A stretch of DNA of 64,000 nucleotides, taken from Acidimicrobiia bacterium. Lineage in GTDB: Bacteria > Actinomycetota > Acidimicrobiia > Spongiisociales > ZC4RG35. A program made the position numbers and the translations under genes. The stretch lies in NCBI GenBank assembly GCA_009837815.1, contig VXSV01000140.1, positions 5,528 through 69,527 on the forward strand. Reading direction: 5' to 3'. Positions 1 to 9,800 of the stretch are shown one piece after another. The number at the start of each line of letters is the position of its first letter. Position 1 is the first letter of the stretch. The notes under the pieces were generated by a model. It did no database searches and was not told where the DNA came from. It worked only from the letters and a program-made list of their open reading frames with translations.

Positions 1-1428
1 TCCGACTACGGCACGGAGACCGCCGAGGTGTCGGTGACCGTCACCGACGATGATGAGCCGGGACTGTCGATCATGCCGACAACCCTGATGGTGCCGGAAG
101 GCTCCCAGGCCTCATACATGGTGTCTCTCACCATGGAACCGGCGGGCATGGTCACCGTGAAGATGAACGGTCACGTGAACAGCGACCTGACACTGGACAA
201 GACCTCACTGACTTTCAGTACGACCAAGTGGAACGAGATGCAGATGGTGACAGTGTCCGCGGCGCACGACGACGATGACCTGGACGACTCCGAGATGATC
301 ACCCTCATCGCTACGGGAGGTGGCTACGACGAGATGACGGCCGACGTGGAGGTGACGGTCACCGACGACGACCGCGCCGACCCGGCCTTGGTGATCTCCG
401 AGGCGGCGCTGACTATGACCGAGGGGGCGGAAGCGAGCTACACGGTATCGCTCTCCACCAAGCCGGCCGACACGGTTACCGTCACCATTTCCGGCTACGT
501 CGGGACCGACCTGACGCTGGACACGGAGTCGCTGACGTTCACCCCGGCGGACTGGGATGAGCCGCAGCCCGTGACAGTGTCGGCGGACCCTGACGCAGAC
601 GAGGACGAAGACACGGCGACACTTGTGCACACCGCCTCCGACAGCAGCTACGGCACCGCTTCGCTGCCGGTCACAGTGCGCGACGGCATCAAGATCTCGC
701 TCGACGTGGGTAAGGCTATTGAGGGGGACTTCATGGAGGTTCGGTTTACCCTCTCTTCGCCGGCGCCGGGCAACGTGGAGGTGAGTTGGCTCACCCATCC
801 CGGCGGGGGCAGCGCGCACGCCGGGTCGATAGACAATCCCATCGACTTCCGTATGGCGTCCGGCCGTGTGCGCTTCACCGCAGGCGAGACGGAGATCACG
901 CGACGGGTCTGGATCGTGGATGACGACGTAGACGATCCGCATGAGAAGTTCACCGTATGGATCCTCAACCCGGTGGGGGCCGTCCTGGCTGAACCTGTTA
1001 CCTCTATGCCTTCGCTCGCCCGACCCGATGTGATGATCGACCTCGGCCGCGAGATCGCCTACGCGGTGGTGACGATCCTTGAGGCCGAGTCACCACCCGA
1101 ACCCGTGAAGGTGAAGATCGAGGCGACCACGCCTACACTCGAGGAAGGGGGGTACACGCTGGTGCGGGTGACGCTGGCAGAACCACTGCCCAGGCACGTG
1201 CGCATCCCGCTGGTTTGGTCGGGGGGCACCGCGGAGCCGGGCGACTACGAGGGCCCGAGCGGTCTGACGATCTACGCCGGAAGTGTGTCCGCCACCGTGA
1301 TGGTCAAGGCCTCGGAAGACGATGACCAGGACAACGAGACCTTCTCAGTGTCCTTTGGCGAACTCCCGGAGTGGGTGGTTGCAGGCTCTTCCGATTCTGT
1401 ACAGATCGAGATAGTGGACAACGACTGA
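1..1428 (+). CDS. Cell-surface protein with repeated ~110-aa beta-sandwich domains, the last three Calx-beta-like. Only the C-terminal part is here; the reading frame is open from base 1, so the 5' end lies outside the window.
   Basis: The frame is open from position 1. Repeated modules carry the pattern VTVSA..DDDD..TL. The C-terminal modules carry the Calx-beta signature (G.YEG....F.AGE.E..V.V.D.DD.E..E.F.V.L). The protein is acidic. Confidence 0.55.
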   Translation, partial: SDYGTETAEVSVTVTDDDEPGLSIMPTTLMVPEGSQASYMVSLTMEPAGMVTVKMNGHVNSDLTLDKTSLTFSTTKWNEMQMVTVSAAHDDDDLDDSEMITLIATGGGYDEMTADVEVTVTDDDRADPALVISEAALTMTEGAEASYTVSLSTKPADTVTVTISGYVGTDLTLDTESLTFTPADWDEPQPVTVSADPDADEDEDTATLVHTASDSSYGTASLPVTVRDGIKISLDVGKAIEGDFMEVRFTLSSPAPGNVEVSWLTHPGGGSAHAGSIDNPIDFRMASGRVRFTAGETEITRRVWIVDDDVDDPHEKFTVWILNPVGAVLAEPVTSMPSLARPDVMIDLGREIAYAVVTILEAESPPEPVKVKIEATTPTLEEGGYTLVRVTLAEPLPRHVRIPLVWSGGTAEPGDYEGPSGLTIYAGSVSATVMVKASEDDDQDNETFSVSFGELPEWVVAGSSDSVQIEIVDND

Positions 1429-1567
1429 AGCCGGGGGCGGTGTTGACGATCATCGGCAATCCCCGGTCTCAATAACTGACATTCGCTCACGCCAAAGGCG
1501 CCATGGTTTGGTGGGGGCCGCTGCGATGATCGAGGCGGCCCCTGTTCCCATTGGGCGGGTCTGACTC

Positions 1568-1626
1568 CCTACTCACTTAGCAGGCAAGCGCCATCACCTT
1601 CGACCTCTCGGCCACCTCACCTTTTG
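1568..1626 (-). other. Degenerate tRNA-Ser(GCT)-like 5'-half fragment (pseudo-tRNA, att-like remnant).
   Basis: The reverse complement GGTGAGGTGGCCGAGAGGTCGAAGG..GCTTGCCTGCTAAGTGAGTAGGG matches the acceptor 5' strand, D-arm and anticodon arm (GCT anticodon) of the intact tRNA-Ser at 15837-15926. It carries a 6-nt insertion in the D-arm and then diverges. No T-arm or matching 3' acceptor strand could be found. Confidence 0.45.
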
Positions 1627-1742
1627 GTGAATGACTCTCTCCCGGGTGGTGAAGGGCGACGGGGCCTGGACATTCGTGTGCCAACCAGTCATGGCCGCCG
1701 GGACGGGCATGCGACGATGAATAGCTCTGGGAATGAAGACTC

Positions 1743-2564
1743 TCAGGCTGGGGTAGCTCTAGGTCGGAACAGAACCACCAGTACGAATATCCCGCTTGCC
1801 ACCAGGGTCATGGCGGGACCGGCCGACACATTGAAATAGTAGGAGACATATAGGCCGGTGACGGCGGCCGCGGCACCCAACACCGCGCCCGTCATCATGA
1901 TCGAGACGAAACGCCTCGCTAAAAGGTACGCAGTGGCGGCGGGCGTCACCAGCATCGCCATGACGAGAACGATGCCGGCCGCCTGAATCCCTATTACGAC
2001 GACGAGGGCGAGCATTACCAGGAAGGCGTGGTCTGCAACGCTGGCGCGTGTGCTGTTGACCTGCGCCCCCAAGGGATCGAAGCTCGTGAACAGCAGCCAG
2101 TGGTGGAAGGCGAACAGCCCCAGGATGACCATCACGGTTATCCCCAGGGACACATAGACCCCGGTGGGGGTGATTGCGAGGATCTGTCCCAGCAGCAGGT
2201 CTTCGATGTCGACTCTGATGGTTCTAGCGGTTGCCAGCATCACCAGCCCCAGGGCGAACATGGTCGCAAAGAGAATGCCTATGGAGGTATCCGAACTGAG
2301 GCCCGCTCGCCTGCTCAGGGTCCTGACCAGCACCGCAACGGCGACCCCGGTCGGGACGGCCGCTATCGCCGGGTTGACGCCGACTATGTACCCGAACACT
2401 ATTCCTGGAAGCACGGCGTGGGCGAGAGCGTCCCCGATGAAGGCAAGGTTTCTGGTGACGGCGTAAGCGCCGACCAGGGGACACATCACGCCTACGAGGA
2501 TCGAGCCGATCAGGGCTCTCACCATGAAGCCGTGCTCCAGAGGTATGAGGAGGAAATCCATCAC
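1743..2564 (-). CDS. znuB: Metal (zinc/manganese) ABC transporter permease, ABC-3/TroCD family.
   Basis: The protein is a 273-aa polytopic membrane protein with ZnuB/MntB-like sequence (GxxxGxxL, several TM helices). It sits in an operon with a metal ABC ATPase and a His-rich cluster-9 SBP. Confidence 0.8.
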   Translation of the reverse strand: MMDFLLIPLEHGFMVRALIGSILVGVMCPLVGAYAVTRNLAFIGDALAHAVLPGIVFGYIVGVNPAIAAVPTGVAVAVLVRTLSRRAGLSSDTSIGILFATMFALGLVMLATARTIRVDIEDLLLGQILAITPTGVYVSLGITVMVILGLFAFHHWLLFTSFDPLGAQVNSTRASVADHAFLVMLALVVVIGIQAAGIVLVMAMLVTPAATAYLLARRFVSIMMTGAVLGAAAAVTGLYVSYYFNVSAGPAMTLVASGIFVLVVLFRPRATPA

Positions 2565-2573
2565 GTCGAGGTT

Positions 2574-3329
2574 TCAGGGCTCTCCGTGGGAGTTGAGACC
2601 CACGCCGTGGGCGCCGTACATCTGCTCCATGACCTCGGAGGTGAACACCTGCTCGGGAGGTCCGCAGGCGCACACATGGCGGTTCAGGCACAGTACCCGG
2701 TCGAAGCGACCGGTCAGGTTGGTCAGGTCGTGAGTGGCCAGGAGGATGATGCGCCCCTCGTCACGGAGAGTCTGCAGGATGCCGACCAGGGCCTCCTGGG
2801 CTGCGACATCAGCCCCGCTGAAGGCCTCGTCCAGGAGAAGCACATTTGCCTCCTGGGCCAGTGCCCTCCCGACGAATACCCTCTGACGCTGACCTCCCGA
2901 CAGCTCCGTCATCAGAGCAGAGCGTTGGTCCCAAAGGCCGACACGGCCCAGGCAGGCGTTGACGATCTCGCGATCTCTCTTCCCGGGCCGCCGGAACCAT
3001 CCCAATCGGCAGCAGCGGCCCATCATCACGACGTCCATCGCGGTCACGGGGAGCCGCCAGTTGACGCTCTCTCGTTGAGGCACGTATGCCAACCCTCCGC
3101 TTTCCTGCCCCGCACCCTGCAGGGTCACCTTGCCCTGGCGAACCGGGAGGAGGCCGGCAATCGCATTGAAAAGAGTGCTCTTGCCGGCGCCGTTCGGTCC
3201 CACAACGCCCATGAGGGTCCCCGCTTCCACGTCGAAGGTGACGTCGTTCACGGCCGTGTGGCCGCCGACCTCGACAGTCACCCCCCGAAGCGACATGCTC
3301 GCTTCCTGTGAGGTCGGATCGGCGATCAC
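2574..3329 (-). CDS. znuC: Metal ABC transporter ATP-binding protein.
   Basis: It has a Walker A motif (GPNGAGKST), the ABC signature LSGGQRQRV and a Walker B motif (LLLDEA). Its start overlaps the znuA stop by 4 bp. Confidence 0.85.
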   Translation of the reverse strand: MIADPTSQEASMSLRGVTVEVGGHTAVNDVTFDVEAGTLMGVVGPNGAGKSTLFNAIAGLLPVRQGKVTLQGAGQESGGLAYVPQRESVNWRLPVTAMDVVMMGRCCRLGWFRRPGKRDREIVNACLGRVGLWDQRSALMTELSGGQRQRVFVGRALAQEANVLLLDEAFSGADVAAQEALVGILQTLRDEGRIILLATHDLTNLTGRFDRVLCLNRHVCACGPPEQVFTSEVMEQMYGAHGVGLNSHGEP

Positions 3330-4471
3330 TTCAATGCCCCGACAATGCGTTCCACGTTGGCCCGTACCATGGTGAGGTAAGTGTCGGCGCCGCTTCCCTC
3401 CGCTCCGAGGGAGCCAGAGTAGAGCTGGACGAGGCTGGCGCCGGTCTCTCTTGCCACGGCTTGCGCCAACTTATCGCTGACGGTCGTCTCGCCGAACAAT
3501 GCAGGCACGCCGTGTTCCTCTATAACCTCGACCAGACCCGCAATGTGCTCCGCGGAGGGTTCCACATCAGGCGCCAGGGACGGTATCACCAGCCCCACTA
3601 TCTCAAACCCGTAGGCCTCTGCGAAGTAGGAGAAAGCGTCATGCGACGTTACCAGCAGTCTGCGCTCCGGCGCCACCGCGCTTATCTGTTCCATGGTCCA
3701 GGCGTGAAGCTCGTCAAGCTGCTTCCCGTACTCTGAGGCGTTCTGGGAGTAGAAGTCGGCGTTCTCGGGGTCTATGGCCGAGAGCCGAGCGGCTATTTCG
3801 TTGACCGCGATCTTCACCCGGATCGGATCGAACCAGAAGTGCGGATCGAAAGTGCCGTGATGGTGGTCGTGGTGGTCGTCATGGCCGTGGGCGTCTTCTT
3901 CGTGGTCGCTGTGGTCTTCTTCGTGGTCGCTGTGGTCTTCTTCGTGGTCGCTGTGGTCTTCTTCGTGGTCGCTGTGGTCCCCGTGATCGTCGTGATCGTC
4001 ATGCATGTCGGCCTCGGTGAACTCCATGGGATCCACTACCTCACCAAGTGCGACTATCCGAGACTCATCCGCGCTGGCGCTTCGTATCAGATCCTCCAGC
4101 CAAAGGGTCTCCAGTTCGAGACCGACAGTGAACACGACATCCGCATCGGCCACCCTGGCGACGTCGCGGGCTCCCGGCTGGTAACTGTGCGGATCGCCAC
4201 CTGCCGGCAGCATGCCGAAGACCTCTACCCGATCTCCACCTACCACGCGAGCCCAGTCAGCCACGAAGTTGGTGGTGGCCACTACCTGGCTCGGCGGCCC
4301 CGAGGGCGCGGCGCTTTCCTCGGCGGCCGTTGGCTGCGGTTCTTGCGTTGCCTGGGTGTCCTGGTCATCTCCACAGGCGCCCAGGAAAGCCATAGCGAGT
4401 ATGACAAGGCCTACAGTTAACGTCCGGGCCAGACGTCCAAAGCTTGTATTGCGACCTGGCATGGTCAACAT
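3326..4471 (-). CDS. znuA: Periplasmic zinc-binding lipoprotein (cluster A-I/TroA-like SBP) with a His-rich loop.
   Basis: It has a lipoprotein signal with lipobox LGAC and a ZnuA/TroA fold signature. Its long acidic His-rich loop (DHSDHEE x4, [10 protein letters not shown]) is typical of ZnuA. Confidence 0.8.
   Translation of the reverse strand: MLTMPGRNTSFGRLARTLTVGLVILAMAFLGACGDDQDTQATQEPQPTAAEESAAPSGPPSQVVATTNFVADWARVVGGDRVEVFGMLPAGGDPHSYQPGARDVARVADADVVFTVGLELETLWLEDLIRSASADESRIVALGEVVDPMEFTEADMHDDHDDHGDHSDHEEDHSDHEEDHSDHEEDHSDHEEDAHGHDDHHDHHHGTFDPHFWFDPIRVKIAVNEIAARLSAIDPENADFYSQNASEYGKQLDELHAWTMEQISAVAPERRLLVTSHDAFSYFAEAYGFEIVGLVIPSLAPDVEPSAEHIAGLVEVIEEHGVPALFGETTVSDKLAQAVARETGASLVQLYSGSLGAEGSGADTYLTMVRANVERIVGALK
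3894..3980. repeat. Tandem 21-bp repeat (4 copies) encoding the DHSDHEE units of the ZnuA His-rich loop.
   Basis: The motif cgtggtcgctgtggtcttctt recurs at 3901, 3922, 3943 and 3964. Confidence 0.8.
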
Positions 4472-5049
4472 TCCGGTTTCTCCTTACGGGTAGTCGAGGG
4501 GGCTAAAGTAATAATGATAATCATTATCACTTTAGCGGTTGAAATCGTATCCCGTCTCAGGCCCGCTTCGAACGGGAGCGGCTCCGGAACCAGAACAGGG
4601 CCCGCCCCCCTGCCCGCGCTACGCATTCTACTGTCACCCCAAACACGGGTTTGAGGTTCCAGCACCTGAGGCGTCAAGACCGTCTCCACCGGCCCGACCG
4701 CCTGGACCCGACCGCCTTTCAGCACCACGATGTAATCGCAGTACTCCGCCGCCAGATTCACGTCATGGATCGATGTCAGGGTGGTCGCGCCCACGCCGCG
4801 GACGAGATCGAGTACTTCGAACTGGTGGCGGATGTCGAGGTGATTGGTGGGCTCGTCGAGGATCAGGACGCCGGCTTCCTGGACGAGTGCCCGCGCAATA
4901 AGCGCCCGTTGCTTCTCTCCCCCGGACAGTGTCGCGAACGACCGTGTCGCCAGCGCCGAAATGTCGACGTGAGCGAGAGCGTCGTCCACGCGTTGGCGGT
5001 CGTCGGCGGACTCCCTGGCGAACGCCGACTGGTAGGGGCTGCGTCCCAT
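4465..5049 (-). pseudogene. 5'-truncated iron-siderophore-type ABC ATPase (FecE/FepC-like) remnant. The Walker A N-terminus is missing, and the ORF reads through the znuA promoter.
   Basis: The ABC signature LSGGEKQRA, Walker [11 protein letters not shown] and H-loop TSIHD are present. No upstream P-loop exists; the frame ends abruptly at 5049. The C-terminal tail is translated Fur-box DNA. Confidence 0.55.
4508..4530. promoter_or_regulatory. Fur-family (Zur) box, a 7-1-7 palindrome TGATAAT-C-ATTATCA, about 40 bp upstream of the znuA start.
   Basis: The sequence AATAATGATAATCATTATC matches the classical Fur-box consensus GATAATGATAATCATTATC at 18 of 19 positions. It lies in the znuA promoter region. 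Confidence 0.6.
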
Positions 5050-5096
5050 GCTGGTGGCGGTCTCCTCGCCGCTTGGGGTGGACCCAAGCGCCGCAT

Positions 5097-5550
5097 GGAT
5101 GGAGTACTGAGATCCATGATGCTTGCCGGCGCCGGTGCGATGATTGTCGGTCTGCGGGAGAACCTCCTTCTCACTGCGACCGGGATCTTCATCATTGGTG
5201 TGAGTTTTGTGTTTGCCATCGGCCTGAATCGAGTCATCTGGCAGGCCAAGGCGGCCCCCGACACTCTGGGTCGGATGTTCTCGCTACGTGTGATGCTTGG
5301 AGTCTGCGCCCAGTCACTGGGTATTGTTGTGGCCGGTCCGCTTGCAGAACGTGTCTTCGAGCCTGCCATGGCGCCCGGTGGGAGCCTTGCCGACATTGTG
5401 GGCCCGCTCATCGGAACGGGTCCCGGCCGCGGCATGGCCCTGATGTATATCATCGCCGGCGTCTCTCTGATAGGTATGGCCCTGCTTTCGATGGCAATCC
5501 GCTCGGTCCGGCGTCTTGAAGACGTCCTTCCCGACCAGAACCCGGTTTGA
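5097..5550 (+). pseudogene. 5'-truncated MFS transporter remnant (only the last ~150 aa, 4-5 TM helices).
   Basis: The C-terminal MFS-like hydrophobic helices resemble EntS/macrolide-efflux-like proteins. The upstream frame is antisense to the ABC remnant and encodes no MFS N-terminal half. Confidence 0.45.
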
Positions 5551-5669
5551 CAACCCTGCCCTCGGGGCCGCGCTTATCAACCCAAAGGTTGGGGGACGAA
5601 CCCTCGAGGTCCCCGTTTGCGCCCCACGGCCAAGCCCCTTCCCTTGGAACACTTTGCACCTCCGGGGCC

Positions 5670-5790
5670 AGGCCGCTAGCGTTCCTGGTTGCTGGGGAAC
5701 GCCGGTGGAATTCCGGGGCTGTCCCGCAACTGTGATGCCGAGGGCCGTAGGGCCCGGGGCTAAGCCAGAGTGCCGGCAACCGGGGCGCAC
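5670..5790 (+). promoter_or_regulatory. Cobalamin (B12) riboswitch.
   Basis: The conserved core GGGAAcGCCGGTGgAAtTCCggGGCtGtCCCGCaACTGTga is present. It is followed by a B12-box-like AAGCCAGAGTGCCGGC. The element lies 5' of the fhuF-like/cobN/chlID/btuFCD/cobO genes. Confidence 0.6.
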
Positions 5791-6019
5791 AGCCCACAGC
5801 TACCACGAGGATGGAAAACCATGGACACCACTCCCACTCCCCCCGCTGTACTCCTGACAGTGTTCCCGCGGACTCTCCGGCCCAATTGCTGAGGGACTTC
5901 CGCGTCGAGTCGCTGACGACTCTGACGATCATCCGGCCGTCGTTCGGACCTGCGATGGCGTGGCCGTGTCGAGAGGAATCTCTGACGGGTTTCCCGCCGG
6001 CCGCTCTTGACAGCCCGCC

Positions 6020-6826
6020 TTGCCTGAGGGCAGCGGGGTGAGCGTTCCGGAGCCGTCCGCTCTTCTGGCTTGGGTTACCCGAACCGTGTCGTACGTGCGC
6101 GTAACCGGGCGCGCCGATGCTGATCCGGCCACCGTCTGGCACCGATGCTCGGCGTTGGTCGGGGACCCGTCCGCCCTGATGGAGTTAGTGAGGTCCACGG
6201 CCGCCGGCCGGGGCACGGATCGAGACGACATCGCCCTCTCGCTGTTCTGCCAGGCCTACGCCTTCCGGGTGGCCGCCACCGCCATCGGCAGCTGGCTCAT
6301 GTCCGGCGGAGCGGCGGTGCTCGACGTGAGTCCCGCCAACATGTCCATCGCCCTGGGACGGCACCGCCCCAACGCGGTGGCCCTGGACAGGATCGCGTAC
6401 AGCCGTCACGGCATCGCGGAGGCTCTCTTCGACAGGCACCTCGTGGCCTTCGTTGCCAACGCTCACTCCGCGATCGAGGTGGGCAAACGGCTTCTTTGGG
6501 GCAACATGGCCGCTGGTTGTGCGGCCGCGTTCGGAGCCTTCCACGCCGTGCTGGGCCCTGACGTGCGGGCCCAGGCCGCCCGGTTCACGGCGCTGGCGCC
6601 CGAGCCGTTAGCGTTGGCCGGACAGTTCGTCGAATACGAGGGAACGGCCTCGGTGGGATGGTTCTTCGAACGCAACGCCTGCTGCCTCCTCTACCAGGTG
6701 CAGCCTCCCGATCCCGCCAAGTCGCCGACGATGTGCGAGGACTGCCCCCTGCACAGCGCCGAGGCCCGGCTGGCCCGGTACAGGGCGGCCACTTCCACAG
6801 CCTGCGACGATCCCCCGCGCGCTTAG
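6020..6826 (+). CDS. FhuF-like (2Fe-2S)-binding protein, putative ferric-siderophore-reductase family.
   Basis: The C-terminal Cys cluster CC-x17-C-x2-C (NACCLLYQ...MCEDCPL) resembles the FhuF C-terminal 2Fe-2S motif (CC-x10-C-x2-C). It is 268 aa with a TTG start and is the first gene after the B12 riboswitch. Confidence 0.45.
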   Translation: MPEGSGVSVPEPSALLAWVTRTVSYVRVTGRADADPATVWHRCSALVGDPSALMELVRSTAAGRGTDRDDIALSLFCQAYAFRVAATAIGSWLMSGGAAVLDVSPANMSIALGRHRPNAVALDRIAYSRHGIAEALFDRHLVAFVANAHSAIEVGKRLLWGNMAAGCAAAFGAFHAVLGPDVRAQAARFTALAPEPLALAGQFVEYEGTASVGWFFERNACCLLYQVQPPDPAKSPTMCEDCPLHSAEARLARYRAATSTACDDPPRA

Positions 6827-6827
6827 C

Positions 6828-9800
6828 ATGATTCTCTTCCTGTCCAACGCCGACACCGAATTGCTGGCGGTTAGGTCGATCATTGACGAGTTGCCCGAGG
6901 GATTCGGAGAGGTGCGCTGGGCCCACCCCGAGCGCCTCGAAGGATTTCCCGACATCCGCGGAACCGGAGCGGTGGTTGTGAGGCTTCTGGGTGGCGCTCG
7001 CGCCTGGGAGAAGCAGCTGCGCCAACTGGTGGATATCTGCCGGGACCGGGCTGTGGCGGTCGTGGCGTTGGGCGGCGAAGCCGAGCCCGACGCGGAGTTG
7101 GCCGAGATGTCCACGGCGCCTACGGGGGTGGTGGCCGAGGCGCACCGGTACCTGGCTGCCGGGGGGCCCTCCAACATCGCCCAGATGCTGCGTTTCGTGA
7201 GCGATACGCTGCTCCTGACGGGCCACGGGTTCGCGCCGCCTGTGGAACTACCGCGCCACGGGGTGTGGGAAGGAGCAGGTGTGGGAAGCGATCCCTCCCG
7301 CCGGGACCGACGCCGTCCGCTCTTGGGAGTGCTCTTTTACCGTGCCCATCTCGTGGCGGGTAACACCGACTACGTGTCTTCGCTCTGCGACGCCATCGAA
7401 CGGGCCGGGGGAGATGCCCTGGCGGTCTACACCTATTCTCTGCGGTCCGCCGACAACGGTGAAGTGCCGGCTCTTGAAATGTGCGCCCGCGCCGGTGTGG
7501 AGGCGCTGGCCACCTCCATGTTCGCCGCCGGCGGCGCCACCGGAGACCACGGCGACCAGTGGGAGGCGCCCCAACTGGCCGACCTGGGCGTGCCTGTCAT
7601 CCAAGCACCGGCCAGCAGTCGCTCGCAATCGGACTGGATGGTCGGTGACGCGGGGCTCTCACCGCTGGACGTCGCCATGGGGGTGGCCATTCCGGAGTTC
7701 GACGGTCGCATCATCGGACCCACCTTCGCCTTCAAGGAGGTGGTCGACGACGGGCCCTACGGCGAGCTTGTCTCCACCCGGTCGAATGCCGAGAGGGCTG
7801 AACGGTTGGCGTCCCTGCTTCTGAACCACGCCGCTCTCCGCCGGACCGCGCCTGCGGCGAAACGGGTGGCTCTGGTCCTGTCGGCGTATCCCACCAAACG
7901 GGGCAGGCTTGGCAACGCGGTCGGTCTGGACACCCCCGCCAGCGCCATAGCCGTCCTCGGAGCGCTTGCCAGGGCCGGATACGGGGTCGATGGCATCCCT
8001 GCCGGCGGCGATGAGTTGATGGCCGAGCTGGCCGGGAGGCTCACCTACGACGCGCCTACCGTCACCGCTTCCGAGGCATCCCTGGCGGTGGGTGGCATGG
8101 GTGCCGAGGATTACGGGCGGTGGTTCGGATCGTTGCCGGTGGAGGCGCGCCGGCAGGTGGAGGCAGTGTGGGGTCCCGCGCCCGGTGAGGTGTATCTGCA
8201 CGATGGAAGGATGGTCTTCCCGGGTCTGGACCTCGGCAACATTCTGGTCACCGTGCAGCCACCGCGAGGCTTCGGCCCGGACCCCATCGTCACCTACCAC
8301 GCGCCCGACCTGCCCCCACCTCACCACTATCTGGCGTTCTATCGTTGGCTGGCCTCGCCGCGCTGCGATGGGGGCTGGGGGGCGGACGCCATAGTCCACC
8401 TTGGTAAGCACGGGACTCTGGAGTGGCTTCCCGGCAAGGCGACCGCCCTTTCGCCGGCGTGCTTTCCGGATGCGGCGCTGGCAGGGGTGCCGCTCTTGTA
8501 CCCGTTCGTAGTGAACGACCCCGGTGAGGGAACCCAGGCCAAGCGGCGCAGCCATGCAGTGGTCATCGACCACCTTCCGCCGCCGATGACCAGAGCCGAC
8601 ACCTACGACGATCTGGCCCGCCTGGAGCAACTTCTCGACACCCATGCCCAGGTGGAGGCCATGGACCCGGCGAAGCTGCCCGCCATCCGGGAGCAGGTGT
8701 GGAGACTGCTGGTGGACATGGAGATCCACCGCGACCTCGACCTGGGTGACACCGCCCCCGACCCCAGCGTCTTCAGCGACATGGTCATCCACGTGGACGG
8801 CTACCTGTGCGCTCTCAAGGATGCCCAGATCCGCGGCGGGCTGCACGTCCTGGGGCGCCCACCCGAGGCGGAAGCGCTGGTCGACAGCGTGCTGGCCGTC
8901 ACCCGGCTCCCGCAGGGTCCGGTACCTTCTCTGAGGGTCAGCGTCGCCTCCGAACTGGGGATCGAACTGGACGGCGCCGGCCGCCGCGCCGTCGATCGGG
9001 TCGAGGCCGAGTGCCGAAGACGGGTGGAGGCGCTGGCCGACTCCGGTTGGGACCCCGACGCGACCGAGGACCCCACCCTGTCGTGGGTGGCGAACCGGCT
9101 CGTCCCCGCCTACCAAGCGACCACCGACGAGCTCACCAATCTCCTGGCCGGCCTGAACGGCCGCTACGTGCCCGCCGGTCCGAGCGGAGCGCCGACCCGG
9201 GGCGCCGCCCATGTGCTGCCGACCGGTCGCAACTTCTATTCGGTGGACTCCAAGGCCCTGCCGTCGCCGCTGGCGTGGGAGGTTGGATCGGCGTTGGCCG
9301 ACCGTTTGGTCGAACGTCACGTCGCCGAGACCGGGGCGCCGCCGACCACCGTGGGCCTGGTCCTGTGGGGCACGGCCGCCATGCGCACCATGGGCGACGA
9401 CGTCGCCCAGGCGCTGGCGCTGTTGGGGGTGCATCCGATATGGAACGAGGAGAGCCGGCGGGTCGCCGGCCTGGAGGTGGTGTCCCTCGCTGACCTGGGT
9501 CGGCCCAGGATAGACGTGACTCTTCGCATCTCCGGCTTCTTCCGCGACGCCTTCCCCCACGTCATCGACCTGCTGGACAGCGCCGTAGAGATGGTCGCCG
9601 GGCTCGACGAAACGGCCGAAGACAACCCGGTGGCTGAAGCCGGTGCTGCCGACGCTCGCATCTACGGCCCCCCGCCGGGCGGCTACGGTTCAGGCATCCT
9701 GCCGGTGATCGAGTCCGGCCACTGGCGAAGCGACGCCGACCTTGCCGAGGTCTACATGACCTGGTCGGGCTTTTCCTATCGCCGGGGGGCTCATGGCGAG

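Noticed and set aside
1505-1626. The possibility that the tRNA-like element is a complete unusual tRNA (for example tRNA-Sec, or a long-variable-arm tRNA ending in CCCCCACCA).
   Set aside because: No acceptable T-arm (GTTCRA) exists. The candidate 3' acceptor strand mismatches the 5' strand. The D-arm carries a 6-nt insertion relative to the bona fide tRNA-Ser. It is treated as a remnant.
4465-5049. An intact 194-aa ABC ATPase, as suggested by the ORF track.
   Set aside because: The Walker A/P-loop region is entirely absent and the ORF start coincides with a frame boundary. The C-terminal 40 residues are a translation of the znuA promoter and Fur box. It is called a gene remnant.
5811-6041. 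A small 76-aa ORF between the riboswitch and the FhuF-like gene.
   Set aside because: It lies in the expected riboswitch expression-platform region. It has no ribosome-binding site and a biased His/Pro composition. It is likely non-coding.
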